In this document: positions 10,199 to 19,279 of the stretch, in pieces
How the letters are laid out: each line of letters starts with the position of its first letter
Position numbering within the stretch: position 1 is the first letter of the stretch
Assembly: GCA_918797485.1 (NCBI GenBank)
Contig: CAKKNE010000005.1
Coordinates: 1,240,001-1,304,000, forward strand
DNA length: 64,000 bases
Direction of reading: 5' to 3'
From: Pelagomonas calceolata
Taxonomy: Eukaryota
Made by a program: the position numbers and the translations under genes
The notes under the pieces: model-generated
What the model was told of the DNA's origin: nothing
Database searches by the model: none
Seen by the model: the letters and a program-made list of their open reading frames with translations, nothing else

Positions 10199-11080
10199 CT
10201 ACTCGACGGCCGACGAGTCCGAGTCGCTCGCGTAGGCCTCGGGGCGCCCGCCCGTCGCGTTGAAGCGCCCGTGGAGGAAGTCCTCGTAGGCCCGCGCGAT
10301 TTCAGTCGCGGACGTCATGACGAAGGGCCCGCCGACGACGACGGGGTCCGTCGTCGGAAGGGCGAGGGCCACGACGAGCTTTGTGGACGCCGCCAGCGTT
10401 ACTTGCATAGAGGCCTCGCCGGGCGGCGCGTAGAAGGCCCGGTTCGCGCCGAAAACGACGCCATCGACGGTGCACGTCCCCCTTACTATTAACATGAGCG
10501 CCGTCGCCTCGCCATCCAGAGGCAGGTCGACTTGACCACTTCCGTCCACCACGTACAACTGCGTGCCGTCGACCTCGGGCTCGACCGGCCCGACGACGCC
10601 GCAAACGTCGCCGGCGTAGACTCGTAACATGCAATCACCAAGGGCGACAACGGGCGCGTCCCGCGCTTCAAACCGCTGCAATCTAGGCGGGCTCATTTTG
10701 AGGTCCCGCGGCACGTTGACCCGCAACCTATACAACGCCGGATCCATGTGAGCTCGCGCCGGGCTCCCTAATCCTTCAACGAGCGCGCCCTGGCCAGCAG
10801 TCAGCCACCGCACGTCGCCCTCCTTTATCGGCCCGCCGGCGTCGCGCGCCTCGCCTTCCAAGCAGAGCGTCACGACCTCGAAGCCGCGCACGGGGTGCGT
10901 GTCGACGCCGTACGATCGGCGTGGACCTTCTCGTTTGCGCGCGGGCGCGTAGTCGAGCGCGAGGAACGGACTCGCGGCGCCGCCCGTGGCCAGCGCCTCG
11001 GTGACGTGGGGCGTGACCTCGACGGCGCCGCCGAGCCAGTACGGCGCCTCGGGCTCGAGGGCGATGGCTTCTCTGCTCAT
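10199..11080 (-). CDS. Pirin-like cupin protein
   Basis: SPFLALDY, THPVRGFEVVT, GDVRWLTAGQG, RVNVPRDLKM, PVVVGGPFVMTSATEIARAYEDF. Confidence 0.9.
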   Translation of the reverse strand: MSREAIALEPEAPYWLGGAVEVTPHVTEALATGGAASPFLALDYAPARKREGPRRSYGVDTHPVRGFEVVTLCLEGEARDAGGPIKEGDVRWLTAGQGALVEGLGSPARAHMDPALYRLRVNVPRDLKMSPPRLQRFEARDAPVVALGDCMLRVYAGDVCGVVGPVEPEVDGTQLYVVDGSGQVDLPLDGEATALMLIVRGTCTVDGVVFGANRAFYAPPGEASMQVTLAASTKLVVALALPTTDPVVVGGPFVMTSATEIARAYEDFLHGRFNATGGRPEAYASDSDSSAVE

Positions 11081-11446
11081 GAGCTGCGCAACACGATCCA
11101 GGTATACGATTCAGAGAACGCGGCGGCGGCGCGTGGCGGTCGTTTCTCGCGCCGCAGCGTTTTTTTCTGGTGCCTGAGGCGGAGCCCTCGGTTCACAGCG
11201 CGCGCGGCGCAGGCGCAATTGCAATTCTCTGAGGAGGTGTCGCTGTGACGGTGCAGTGCCGCGAGCCGCGTATTTCAATCCGTACGCCGCGTGCGCGCTC
11301 GCAAAATGCGGAGAGCAGATGTGGGCAGCAGAGCAGAGTGCCAAACAGCTGCCTTAGCCCCCGAGGAGCAGCCTCAAAAAGGTTACACCGTTTAGCGCGG
11401 CTCCCACGGACCTGACACGACGAGCGCTAAGAGCAACAATGCCTCG

Positions 11447-12544
11447 ATGCGGCTGTGCCTGCTCTCCCTGCTCTCTCTCGCGATGAGTGCGCTGCACCGC
11501 GTCGACGACGCCGCGAGCGGTGGCGCAGTAATCGCCCTCAACAGCACCGCGGACGACCGACCCGTCTGGGCCGACGGCCGCCTCGCGGTCGCCGTCGCGG
11601 CTGCCGACGGGAGCTTGATCGAGTTAGCACGACCACCGGACACGACGACGCTCGCGCTCACGACGGCACGTGACGGCCAACCGTTCGTCGACGTTGCCGT
11701 CGTGGCGGCCGCGCGCCCGACGACGCGAGACGCCGCCGTCCTCGCCGTGGTGCGCGTCTCGGTGCCGGCGGCGCCGCGCGGCTCGGTGCTCGTCGTCGCG
11801 TCTGTACGATTTCGCGGCACCAAAGTCATCGTTCGCGCGTACGACGCGGCCGACGGCGGGACCCGCGCTACGGCAATCAGCCGAACGGGCCTCGCGCTGC
11901 CAGATGACTTACCGCGCCCCTGGCGCGCGGACGTCGGCGGCCCGCATGCGCGCGTTCTGGTGGGAGAGACCGTGCTTACGCTCGACCAGCGCGCGCCGGG
12001 GGCCGAGGACGCGCCGACATCTGTGACCGGGGACGTCGTGCCCGCGTACACGGCGTCGCGGGTCTGGCCGGCGTCGGCCGAGCTCGCGCTGCACGTGGCC
12101 GACGTCGTCCGCGGCCGGAGCGTCGTCGAGCTCGGCGCTGGCGCCGGGCTAGCGGGCCTTGCGTGTGCCGTCAATGGCGCGGTGCGCGTCGTGTTGACGG
12201 ATCTGCCGGAAAACCTCCCTCTCCTCCAACGAAACGCGGCGCGCAACGGGCTGGACGTCTCCGTCGCGGCGTTCGACTGGATGGCGCCGAATACGCTCGG
12301 CGAACGGTTCGACGTCGTTCTAGCCGCGGATTGCGTCTTCTGGCCCGAGCTCTTCGAGCCCCTCTTGGACGCCATCGAGGCGGTCGCCCGGCCGGACGGC
12401 ACGGTGCTGGTCGCGGTCACGCACCGGCTCGGGCGCACGGAAGCGTTCTTCGAACAGCTCCGTCAGCGGGGCTGGACGGCGTCGGCGCGCCCTCGCCGGC
12501 GCGACGCGCCGCAGAACACGGACGTGTACGAGGTTAAGTTGTAG
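11447..12544 (+). CDS. SAM-dependent methyltransferase (METTL21/Methyltransf_16-like) with signal peptide and N-terminal extension
   Basis: ASRVWPAS, VVELGAGAGLAG, VVLTDL, FDW, FDVVLAADCVF. Confidence 0.85.
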   Translation: MRLCLLSLLSLAMSALHRVDDAASGGAVIALNSTADDRPVWADGRLAVAVAAADGSLIELARPPDTTTLALTTARDGQPFVDVAVVAAARPTTRDAAVLAVVRVSVPAAPRGSVLVVASVRFRGTKVIVRAYDAADGGTRATAISRTGLALPDDLPRPWRADVGGPHARVLVGETVLTLDQRAPGAEDAPTSVTGDVVPAYTASRVWPASAELALHVADVVRGRSVVELGAGAGLAGLACAVNGAVRVVLTDLPENLPLLQRNAARNGLDVSVAAFDWMAPNTLGERFDVVLAADCVFWPELFEPLLDAIEAVARPDGTVLVAVTHRLGRTEAFFEQLRQRGWTASARPRRRDAPQNTDVYEVKL

Positions 12545-12720
12545 TGTGTATCATTCCAATTGAGTCCCCCCCGGCTCGGACCGATCTTCCCGCCGCCGCA
12601 GCATACGAGCAAAAAGTTATATCGAAATCGTACGTAACGATCACGGCGCGTCTCTACGGCGCGTCGACGAGGCGTGAGATAGGGATTGGGGCGGCGTTCG
12701 GGAATTCCTTTCGTTCGTGA

Positions 12721-13371
12721 CTAGACGCCCTCCGACGCCATCTGCCGCAACACGACGCCCGGCGGCGCCTCGGGACGCTTCTGCAGCCCCGGCAGCGCGA
12801 CGAGCAGCGCGAACAGGTAGCACCCCATGACGATGAGCTCGGCGATTATCGCCCCCGCCTTGGGCAGCGGCCCCGCGAGGTAGACGACGAACATGATAAG
12901 GTACACCACGACCAACATAGGCGGCCCGCGCCGGCACCGCTGCTTCCAGTCGTCGGGAGCGAGCCACTGCATCTGGAACGGGCCGAAGAGTAGTAATGCA
13001 GCGGAGACGGCGTAATGAAAAAAACGCCAGAAATTGTGCGACGACAGCTTTTCCACATGGGCGTGCTTGTCGACGACGGCGACGACGATCTGGAGCTCCC
13101 ACAAGATCAGCATGACGAGCCAAATTATAGGACCGTGCTTTCGTCGGAACTTGCGCCAGAGGAACAACGGCAACACGAGAAAATACAGCATCCAGACGGC
13201 GATGCCCGGCGCAAATGACTTATAGTTGCCGAACGAGCCACAGATGAAGTCGAACCTATCCGCGGCCCAGGCGATGTACGAGGCGTAGATCAGAACGGGA
13301 ATAATTAGTAGCGCGGCGCGGAGCGCGACGTCGTGGCGGTCGCAGAACTGGTCGAGGCGGTCCCGGCACAT
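12721..13371 (-). CDS. Multi-pass membrane protein of unknown function
   Basis: About six hydrophobic segments in a ~216-aa ORF. Confidence 0.7.
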   Translation of the reverse strand: MCRDRLDQFCDRHDVALRAALLIIPVLIYASYIAWAADRFDFICGSFGNYKSFAPGIAVWMLYFLVLPLFLWRKFRRKHGPIIWLVMLILWELQIVVAVVDKHAHVEKLSSHNFWRFFHYAVSAALLLFGPFQMQWLAPDDWKQRCRRGPPMLVVVYLIMFVVYLAGPLPKAGAIIAELIVMGCYLFALLVALPGLQKRPEAPPGVVLRQMASEGV

Positions 13372-13637
13372 CACTACGGGTGCGCTTCGGCACGTTTATC
13401 CCCGGTGCTCCACGGTGTGGTAGGAAGCAATACACTGCACAAGACCCCGGAGCGATGCGGCGCAGCTCAAATCCGACGCAGGCGGGTCCGAACGGCTGCA
13501 GGGCACGGCCGGGGCAGCCTTTTACGCAGCTCCCAGCGGCTGGCGTCAAAAATGCGAGCAGCCTGGCATCAAAATCTGATCAAACCCCGCACGCCATCGA
13601 CGCGAAAGATAACATAGACCACCTTACGCGGCCCGCA

Positions 13638-15011
13638 CTAGTGCGTATATAAGTCGGACACGTCGGTGGACAGGACGGGCTTCCCGCCCACCAACGCCGC
13701 GGTGTGCCGGAACTGTTCCGGGATGGGAGCTTCCACCATCTCATCCTTCTCATTAGGAAAGCTCACTTGCATGTCGCTAGATTTGGACGTGAGGAAGGAC
13801 GTGACAGGTAACGTCTCCTTCGATAAATAAGTCAAGATGCCGTCGGTCTTGTCTATCGCTATAGAAGGGCAGGTACCTTTGCATTGCACTTTGACGCTCT
13901 TGCAGTTCACGACCTCGAAGGACGCGATACACGTGTCGAAGACGACCTGGCACTTCTGGGACGCGTCCAGGACGACACCGTTGCACTTTCCATTTATCAC
14001 GAGTGTGGCCTCGTAGCAGCACGCGATATAGACAGTGAACTTGGGTTCTACCTCGATCGTAACGACGCCATCCGCCTTCGAGTAGTTCTCGACCATCCAC
14101 TTCTTGCCTAGTAACTTCTTGGAGGGCGGGCCCCTGGTCACCGTTTGTTTTTTTACGGGAGCGGCCTTCTTCGCGACGACGGCCGGCTTGTCACCAGAGA
14201 ACTCCTTGCGCCAGGTCTGCTGGTCCTTCGTGACCTTGCGCAGGCCCTTGGACTGGAGGTCGTTGGCGTTCTGGAGGCCTGCTAAAGCCGACGCGAGGCC
14301 GGCCTTCGCCGTCGGCTGCGCGGGCGGAGGCGTGTTCTCCTTGGCGACGACCGGTGCTGAGCCAATGTCCCCACCTCGCGGATTAAACGTAACCCCGGTC
14401 AAATGGTACTCCTTGACGTAGGCCATGAGGTCCGTCATCAACTTCTTGAACGTGTCGCAAAAAACGATCTGTTTTTGATCGGTTTTCTTGTACTTGACCC
14501 GAATCTTGTTGGCGTGGAAGTCCGTACCGCCAATATAAGATTCGACGACGTCCTTCGGGCCCGGGGACGTGATCAACCATGAGAGGCACTGGACGCCCTC
14601 ACTCACTGTCTTCTGATGTAGTTCCCAATCACCTCTGGAAATAGCTTTGGAGGCGCCCTGCATGGCCTCCTGGCAGGGTTTTATTAACGCCATACAATCT
14701 CCGGGAAAATTGGCCGGCTTCTTGCTTACAGAGGCGGCCACGATAAATCCTCGCATGGCGCTCCAGGCCTGCTTGACGTGGTCCGCACATTGCGTGGCCT
14801 CCGGGGCATTTAAGGCAGCACAAGCTTGGACGAAGGGTTCTAACGATTTAGTGCAGTACCTGTCGAAGGCGGCGACCTGGGCCGCGTCTTGTCCACCGGT
14901 GCTGGCGGGCGGCGGCGGCGGGGGTCCGGCGACGCCTACTTTGGATTCCACGGCGGCGATGCGCTGCTCGAAGAGGTCGAGGACCTTCTGGAGCTCTTGC
15001 GTGCCCGACAT
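13638..15011 (-). CDS. CAP: Adenylyl cyclase-associated protein (CAP/Srv2)
   Basis: N-terminal coiled coil, H.KTVSEGVQCLSW, WH2-like GLRKVTKDQQT, C-terminal CARP domain KWMVEN..PSIAIDKTDG..TSKSSDM..EAPIPEQF. Confidence 0.95.
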   Translation of the reverse strand: MSGTQELQKVLDLFEQRIAAVESKVGVAGPPPPPPASTGGQDAAQVAAFDRYCTKSLEPFVQACAALNAPEATQCADHVKQAWSAMRGFIVAASVSKKPANFPGDCMALIKPCQEAMQGASKAISRGDWELHQKTVSEGVQCLSWLITSPGPKDVVESYIGGTDFHANKIRVKYKKTDQKQIVFCDTFKKLMTDLMAYVKEYHLTGVTFNPRGGDIGSAPVVAKENTPPPAQPTAKAGLASALAGLQNANDLQSKGLRKVTKDQQTWRKEFSGDKPAVVAKKAAPVKKQTVTRGPPSKKLLGKKWMVENYSKADGVVTIEVEPKFTVYIACCYEATLVINGKCNGVVLDASQKCQVVFDTCIASFEVVNCKSVKVQCKGTCPSIAIDKTDGILTYLSKETLPVTSFLTSKSSDMQVSFPNEKDEMVEAPIPEQFRHTAALVGGKPVLSTDVSDLYTH

Positions 15012-15492
15012 TTTGTATCGGTTGTTTGTGTGGCTTGTGGCTTTGCTCGTTCGCGGTTGCACGCGACGGGTTGACTCCAAGCGTGTCTGCTAGAACAGCG
15101 TTGCAGCGACAACTAGCGCTGCGACGCGAGTGAAATAGGTAAGGATAACCTGGCTTGGCAGGCCGCGCCGCAAAGTTTTTGGGCATCTAGTGTCTTTGGA
15201 CGCTAGCTAGCCCGCGCTAGGCTTCCTCTCAGGGGTCCAACGCAACAATGTATACGACTCTGGCGACGGGTCGGAGCGACAAAAGCACGACGCGTGAGCC
15301 GCATTTGGCAGATTTTTGCGCGGCGCAAAGTCTTTAGTAGCCGCAAAGTCGTCGCACGCTATCATCATTGGTTCAAGCCTTAGCTGCAGCCTCCACGCCA
15401 TCGCTGCGACGGGCTGACGAAAGAGGAGCAACGCGCTCACAGACCAGATCTCCAGAGAGAGCATCTCTGCCTGCCTGAAAAAAAGCACACGC

Positions 15493-16647
15493 ATGCGAGA
15501 ACGCATCAAGAAGCCCTGCGAGGAAATAGCAATCAATATGGGCGCATCACTCAAACCGAGCAAAGGCCCGCTCTCGCCGAAGCAGAAGCTGGTCGGGCGC
15601 GTGGCGCTCGGTCTCATAGCCTGCTACCTCGTCACCGCGGCGACGGCGGCGTCGAGCCCGCGTGGCAATAGGTTGGTCTACCAAGAAGGCGATATGCGAT
15701 CATTTGCTCGGTCAAGCCGAGGCGCGCCGGCCATGGCCGCCGCGCCAGAAATGATGATGATGGCGGAAGACGCGGCCATGGACGAGCCTCAGATGATGCG
15801 TACTAGTATGAAGTCCGCGCGCTACTCGCGCGGCGCGCCCGGGAGTTCGTTGGGCGGCGAGATACTGGATGTGGAGACAAAGCCCTTCGACGCGTCCTCC
15901 GTGAAGACGATGCTCGTGCGGACCGGGACTTTGAGGATCGAGACGGACGCCGATGTGGATAAGGTCGCCAATGCCGCCACGTCACAAGTAGAAGCTGCTG
16001 GAGGCTTCGTCGAAAGTAGGCAGGACAATGGTGGGTATCTCGACGGAGATATACGGCGGGGCCAGAACGTGCGCTTGACGTTGCGGATACCCGTCGAGAA
16101 GTACGCTTCCTTGCTCCAAGACTTCCGGAAGTCCATAGGAGGCCTCACTTCTGCCAAAGACGTGGAAGAAACCACAGATAGGGTCAGAGACGTCACGGGC
16201 GAGTACGTTGATAATGCGGCGCGCGCCTCGACGTTGGAAGCGACGCGGGCGCAGCTGCAAGCATTGATGTCGAGAGCGGACCTGGTGAAAGACGTCCTGC
16301 AGGTGCAGCGCGAACTGTCGTCTGTCGTGCAACAACTGGAGGCGCGGAAGGCGACGATGCAGCGCTTGTCGGCGCAAGCGTCTCTCTCCACGCTGCAGCT
16401 CACGCTCTCGAAACGCGATTCCTCAAGGCCGCCTCCTCCTTTTGAACGGGTCTGGTCTCCGTCAAAAACGGTGCGACGCGCGTTCAAGAAACTCATCCGG
16501 CGGACGCAGCGCCTCGCGGACGGCGTCATATACCTCTTCGTCTTCGCGGCGCCGCTCGCGCTCGTCGCTCTGCTGGTCGTCGTCTTCTGTGGAGTGCCCC
16601 TGAGGGCGCGGCTCGCGGACCTGGCGGACTTCTCGGCCGGGAAGTAG
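15493..16647 (+). CDS. DUF4349-like membrane-anchored protein
   Basis: MLVRTGTLRIET, AAGGFVES, LTLRIP, DVTGEYVD..AR, DVLQVQREL, STLQLTL, C-terminal TM helix. Confidence 0.8.
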   Translation: MRERIKKPCEEIAINMGASLKPSKGPLSPKQKLVGRVALGLIACYLVTAATAASSPRGNRLVYQEGDMRSFARSSRGAPAMAAAPEMMMMAEDAAMDEPQMMRTSMKSARYSRGAPGSSLGGEILDVETKPFDASSVKTMLVRTGTLRIETDADVDKVANAATSQVEAAGGFVESRQDNGGYLDGDIRRGQNVRLTLRIPVEKYASLLQDFRKSIGGLTSAKDVEETTDRVRDVTGEYVDNAARASTLEATRAQLQALMSRADLVKDVLQVQRELSSVVQQLEARKATMQRLSAQASLSTLQLTLSKRDSSRPPPPFERVWSPSKTVRRAFKKLIRRTQRLADGVIYLFVFAAPLALVALLVVVFCGVPLRARLADLADFSAGK

Positions 16648-16932
16648 TGTGTGTAATTCCCTTGCTCTCGTCGCGTCGGTGGCGTGTGAATGGACGAGTG
16701 ATCCGCCTGCCCAGAAAAAGCTAGTGCCTCTTGGCTAGGTCGGGCAGCTTCAATGCCAGCTTGCCGATTGCCCTTTTGCCTTGGCATTTGCGCTCCGGTA
16801 CGCTCAGTGGACTCGCACCTTCGCATCGCTGCGTTCTCGACCGCAGCGATCCAGCCAGCGCGATCCGTGGGTCCATCATCGCTTGCCTGCACAAGTGCAG
16901 CCTTGCAGGCTCGGCGACGGTCCCAGCGCGCG

Positions 16933-17027
16933 CACCGTGGGTCTCACGAATTGGCGAAAAAGCACCGGCTCGGCGAGGGCAATCACCGTGGGTCTCACGA
17001 ATTGGCAAAAAGCACCGGCTCGGCGAG
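16933..17027 (+). repeat. Tandem direct repeat, 2 x ~45 bp (period 51 bp), just upstream of the rhodanese gene ATG
   Basis: CACCGTGGGTCTCACGAATTGGC(G)AAAAAGCACCGGCTCGGCGAG at 16933-16977 and 16984-17027. Confidence 0.9.
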
Positions 17028-17037
17028 AGCAAGCGCG

Positions 17038-18618
17038 ATGCGCCCGAGCGAGGCCCAGTCCACCGCATTCAAGGCGCTGCCGCCCGCGCGCGGAAATCCT
17101 AGACAACCGTCATTAGTGCTCTTCTACGCCTACCGCGAACCGGCGTGGTCGGCGGCGGAGCATTCAAGAGCCCTGAAGACCTTTATTAAGTTGTGCGAAG
17201 CGCACGACCTCAAGGGCCGCGGGCGGTGCGCGCCCGAGGGCGTGAATTGCACACTAACAGGAGGCCAGCAGCAGATCCGCGCCTTCTGCGCGGCCCTGCG
17301 CGAGTGGGACTCGCAACTCTTCGGCCCCGTCGATTTCAAGATCACGGACGGCTTGCAGAAGAAGGAGGCGTTCAAACGACTCACAATACGAAAAACGGAG
17401 GAATTGGTGGGCTATGGGTTGGGGCAGAGTCAGCCGCAGTTGGCCACGTCCAAGGCGACGCATCTCGACGCTGTTGAGTACCATAAAGCCCTCGAGGACC
17501 CCGACGCGATCGTCGTCGACGTGCGCAACCAGTACGAGACTGTGTGGAAATCAACCAGTGCGTCGGGTGCGCTCGACGGCGAGGAACCGGCATCGCCACG
17601 CCATCGAGCAGGCGGCGCGTCGATGAACGCGCCGTAAAATTTTGATTTCCACAGGTACGAGACCGAAATTGGGCGCATGCGGCCGCCCGCCAACGGCGCC
17701 AAATTCCTAGATCCGAAGGTCCGCAACTCGCACGAGATCCCGCGCTGGCTCAACGCCCCGGAGACGCGCGAGCGGCTCGCGGGGAAGCGGGTGCTCATGT
17801 ATTGTACTGGTGGTATCAGGTGTGAAAGGGCCTCGGCGCTGCTCTCTGAGTTATCGTCGTCGTGTGCCGGTGGAGCCTGCCCGGCGCAAGCGACGCAGGA
17901 CGCCGTCGCGTCAGCGGGCCCCAAGGAAATTGTGATGGTCAGAGGAGGCGTCGAGCGCTACCTGCGGACGTTTCCGGACGGCGGCTATTGGGCGGGTGCG
18001 AACTACCTGTTCGATCGGAGGTTCGAGCAGCGGCCGCTCAAGCGCCAGGCGCCGTTAGGGTCCTGCGCTCTATGTGGCGTGCCCTGCGACCTGTATAGGG
18101 GTAGGGTCGTCTGCGCGGTGAGCACCTGTAAAGTGCCCGTGCTCGTCTGTCAGCCCTGCCGCAACCGCGTCTCACCGGAGGAGGTCGCGTCGAAGGCGAA
18201 GTGCCGCCTGTGCCGCGACAACTTCGCCGGTTCCAAGCGCGTCGAGAAACCCGAAATTGCGGTGAAGGCGGCGCCGGTCGCGGAGAAGACGAGGCCGCCG
18301 GCGCCGCGCCTCTTCGTGGGCAACCTGCCGTTCACGGTCGAACGGGAGGAGGTCCTCTCTACGCTAGACATTGATGGGCGGCTGACGTGGCTCGTGGACC
18401 GCGAGACCTCTCTTTTCTACGGGTCGTGTGTGATCGAGTGCGGTGTTGACGCGGCGACGAAGGTCGTATCGCGCGCGAAGCTCTACCCAACCAAGCTGCG
18501 CGGCCGCAAGTTAAGGCTGGGCTTCGGGCCGGCGGCGCCTGTCGACGGCGCCGAGGGAGTGCGGCCGCCGTGTGCGCGACCGGCGTCCGTGTTCACGTAC
18601 CTTCGAATTCCGAGATGA
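17038..18618 (+). CDS. TrhO/UPF0176 (TSTD2-like) rhodanese-domain protein with C-terminal RRM; intron 17532-17654
   Basis: LFYAY, LKGRGRCAPEGVNCTLTG, spliced VVDVRNQYETEIG, LMYCTGGIRCERAS, GGVERY, GANYLFDRR, Cys cluster, RRM RNP2 LFVGNLPF. Confidence 0.9.
17532..17662 (+). mobile_element. Introner element: element 17540-17654, perfect 8-bp TSD, spliced as intron 17532-17654
   Basis: TSD GTACGAGA at 17532-17539 and 17655-17662; TIRs CTGTGTGGAAATCAA / TTGATTTCCACAG; contains an in-frame stop, and removal restores the conserved DVRNxYE motif. Confidence 0.95.
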
Positions 18619-18895
18619 CGACCCTTGGGCCGGGGCTTAGCCGCCCGCTTACACGCCGACCGCCATTTCCCTGGCCGGAGTCAAATACCAGGGTGATGGG
18701 TGATTCCACCGCGCATGACGCTAGAGGTCCGTATCCGATCGGAAGAAGTCCTCTCGACGCCACTCAGCTTTTGTATATAAGCGCGCTCGACTGGTCACTC
18801 CGCGCAGGTCCTGCCGGGGCGGTGCCGGCGCCGAAGCGGCGGCGGCGGCGCTAGTTTTGTAGTAGTTAATGTGATTCATGTAATAACACAACTTA

Positions 18896-19239
18896 TCACA
18901 CAACAGAGGCGAGCGTCATCTTCACCGAAACGAAGTAGAGCACGGTCACGTCCACGTGGATCGCGTCCGCCGAGGAATTATAAAAGATGGATTCGATGGA
19001 GCCTCCGTGGGCCGTTAGCGCGTCGTGGACGCAATCTCCGGCCGTGCCGGCGGTGGGGAGCGTGACCGCGCCAGTACTTGAGAGCGTGTACGGCTCACCC
19101 GGGCACTTGATATGTGCGGGATGACCGACGTCCAAATTCATGTGCGTCCCGTTAATAATGGAGACCGTTCCCGAGACCGCCTGGCCGAGGACGCTGGCGC
19201 GCCCCGTGTAGTTTCCCGACGGCGACGTACCACCAGAAG
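18896..19239 (-). CDS. Small beta-rich extracellular-type domain; probable last exon of the O-fucosyltransferase gene
   Basis: Open frame SGGTSPSGNYTGRASVLGQAVSGTVSI..IKCPGEPY..GDCVHDAL; preceded by GCGCAG acceptor and in frame with the upstream gene. Confidence 0.55.
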
Positions 19240-19279
19240 CTGCGCGGGCCGCACGCGTCCATATGAGACGATGCGAAGG

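Noticed and set aside
16933..17027. CRISPR-like direct repeats
   Set aside because: Only two copies with a 6-bp spacer, eukaryotic context and no cas genes.
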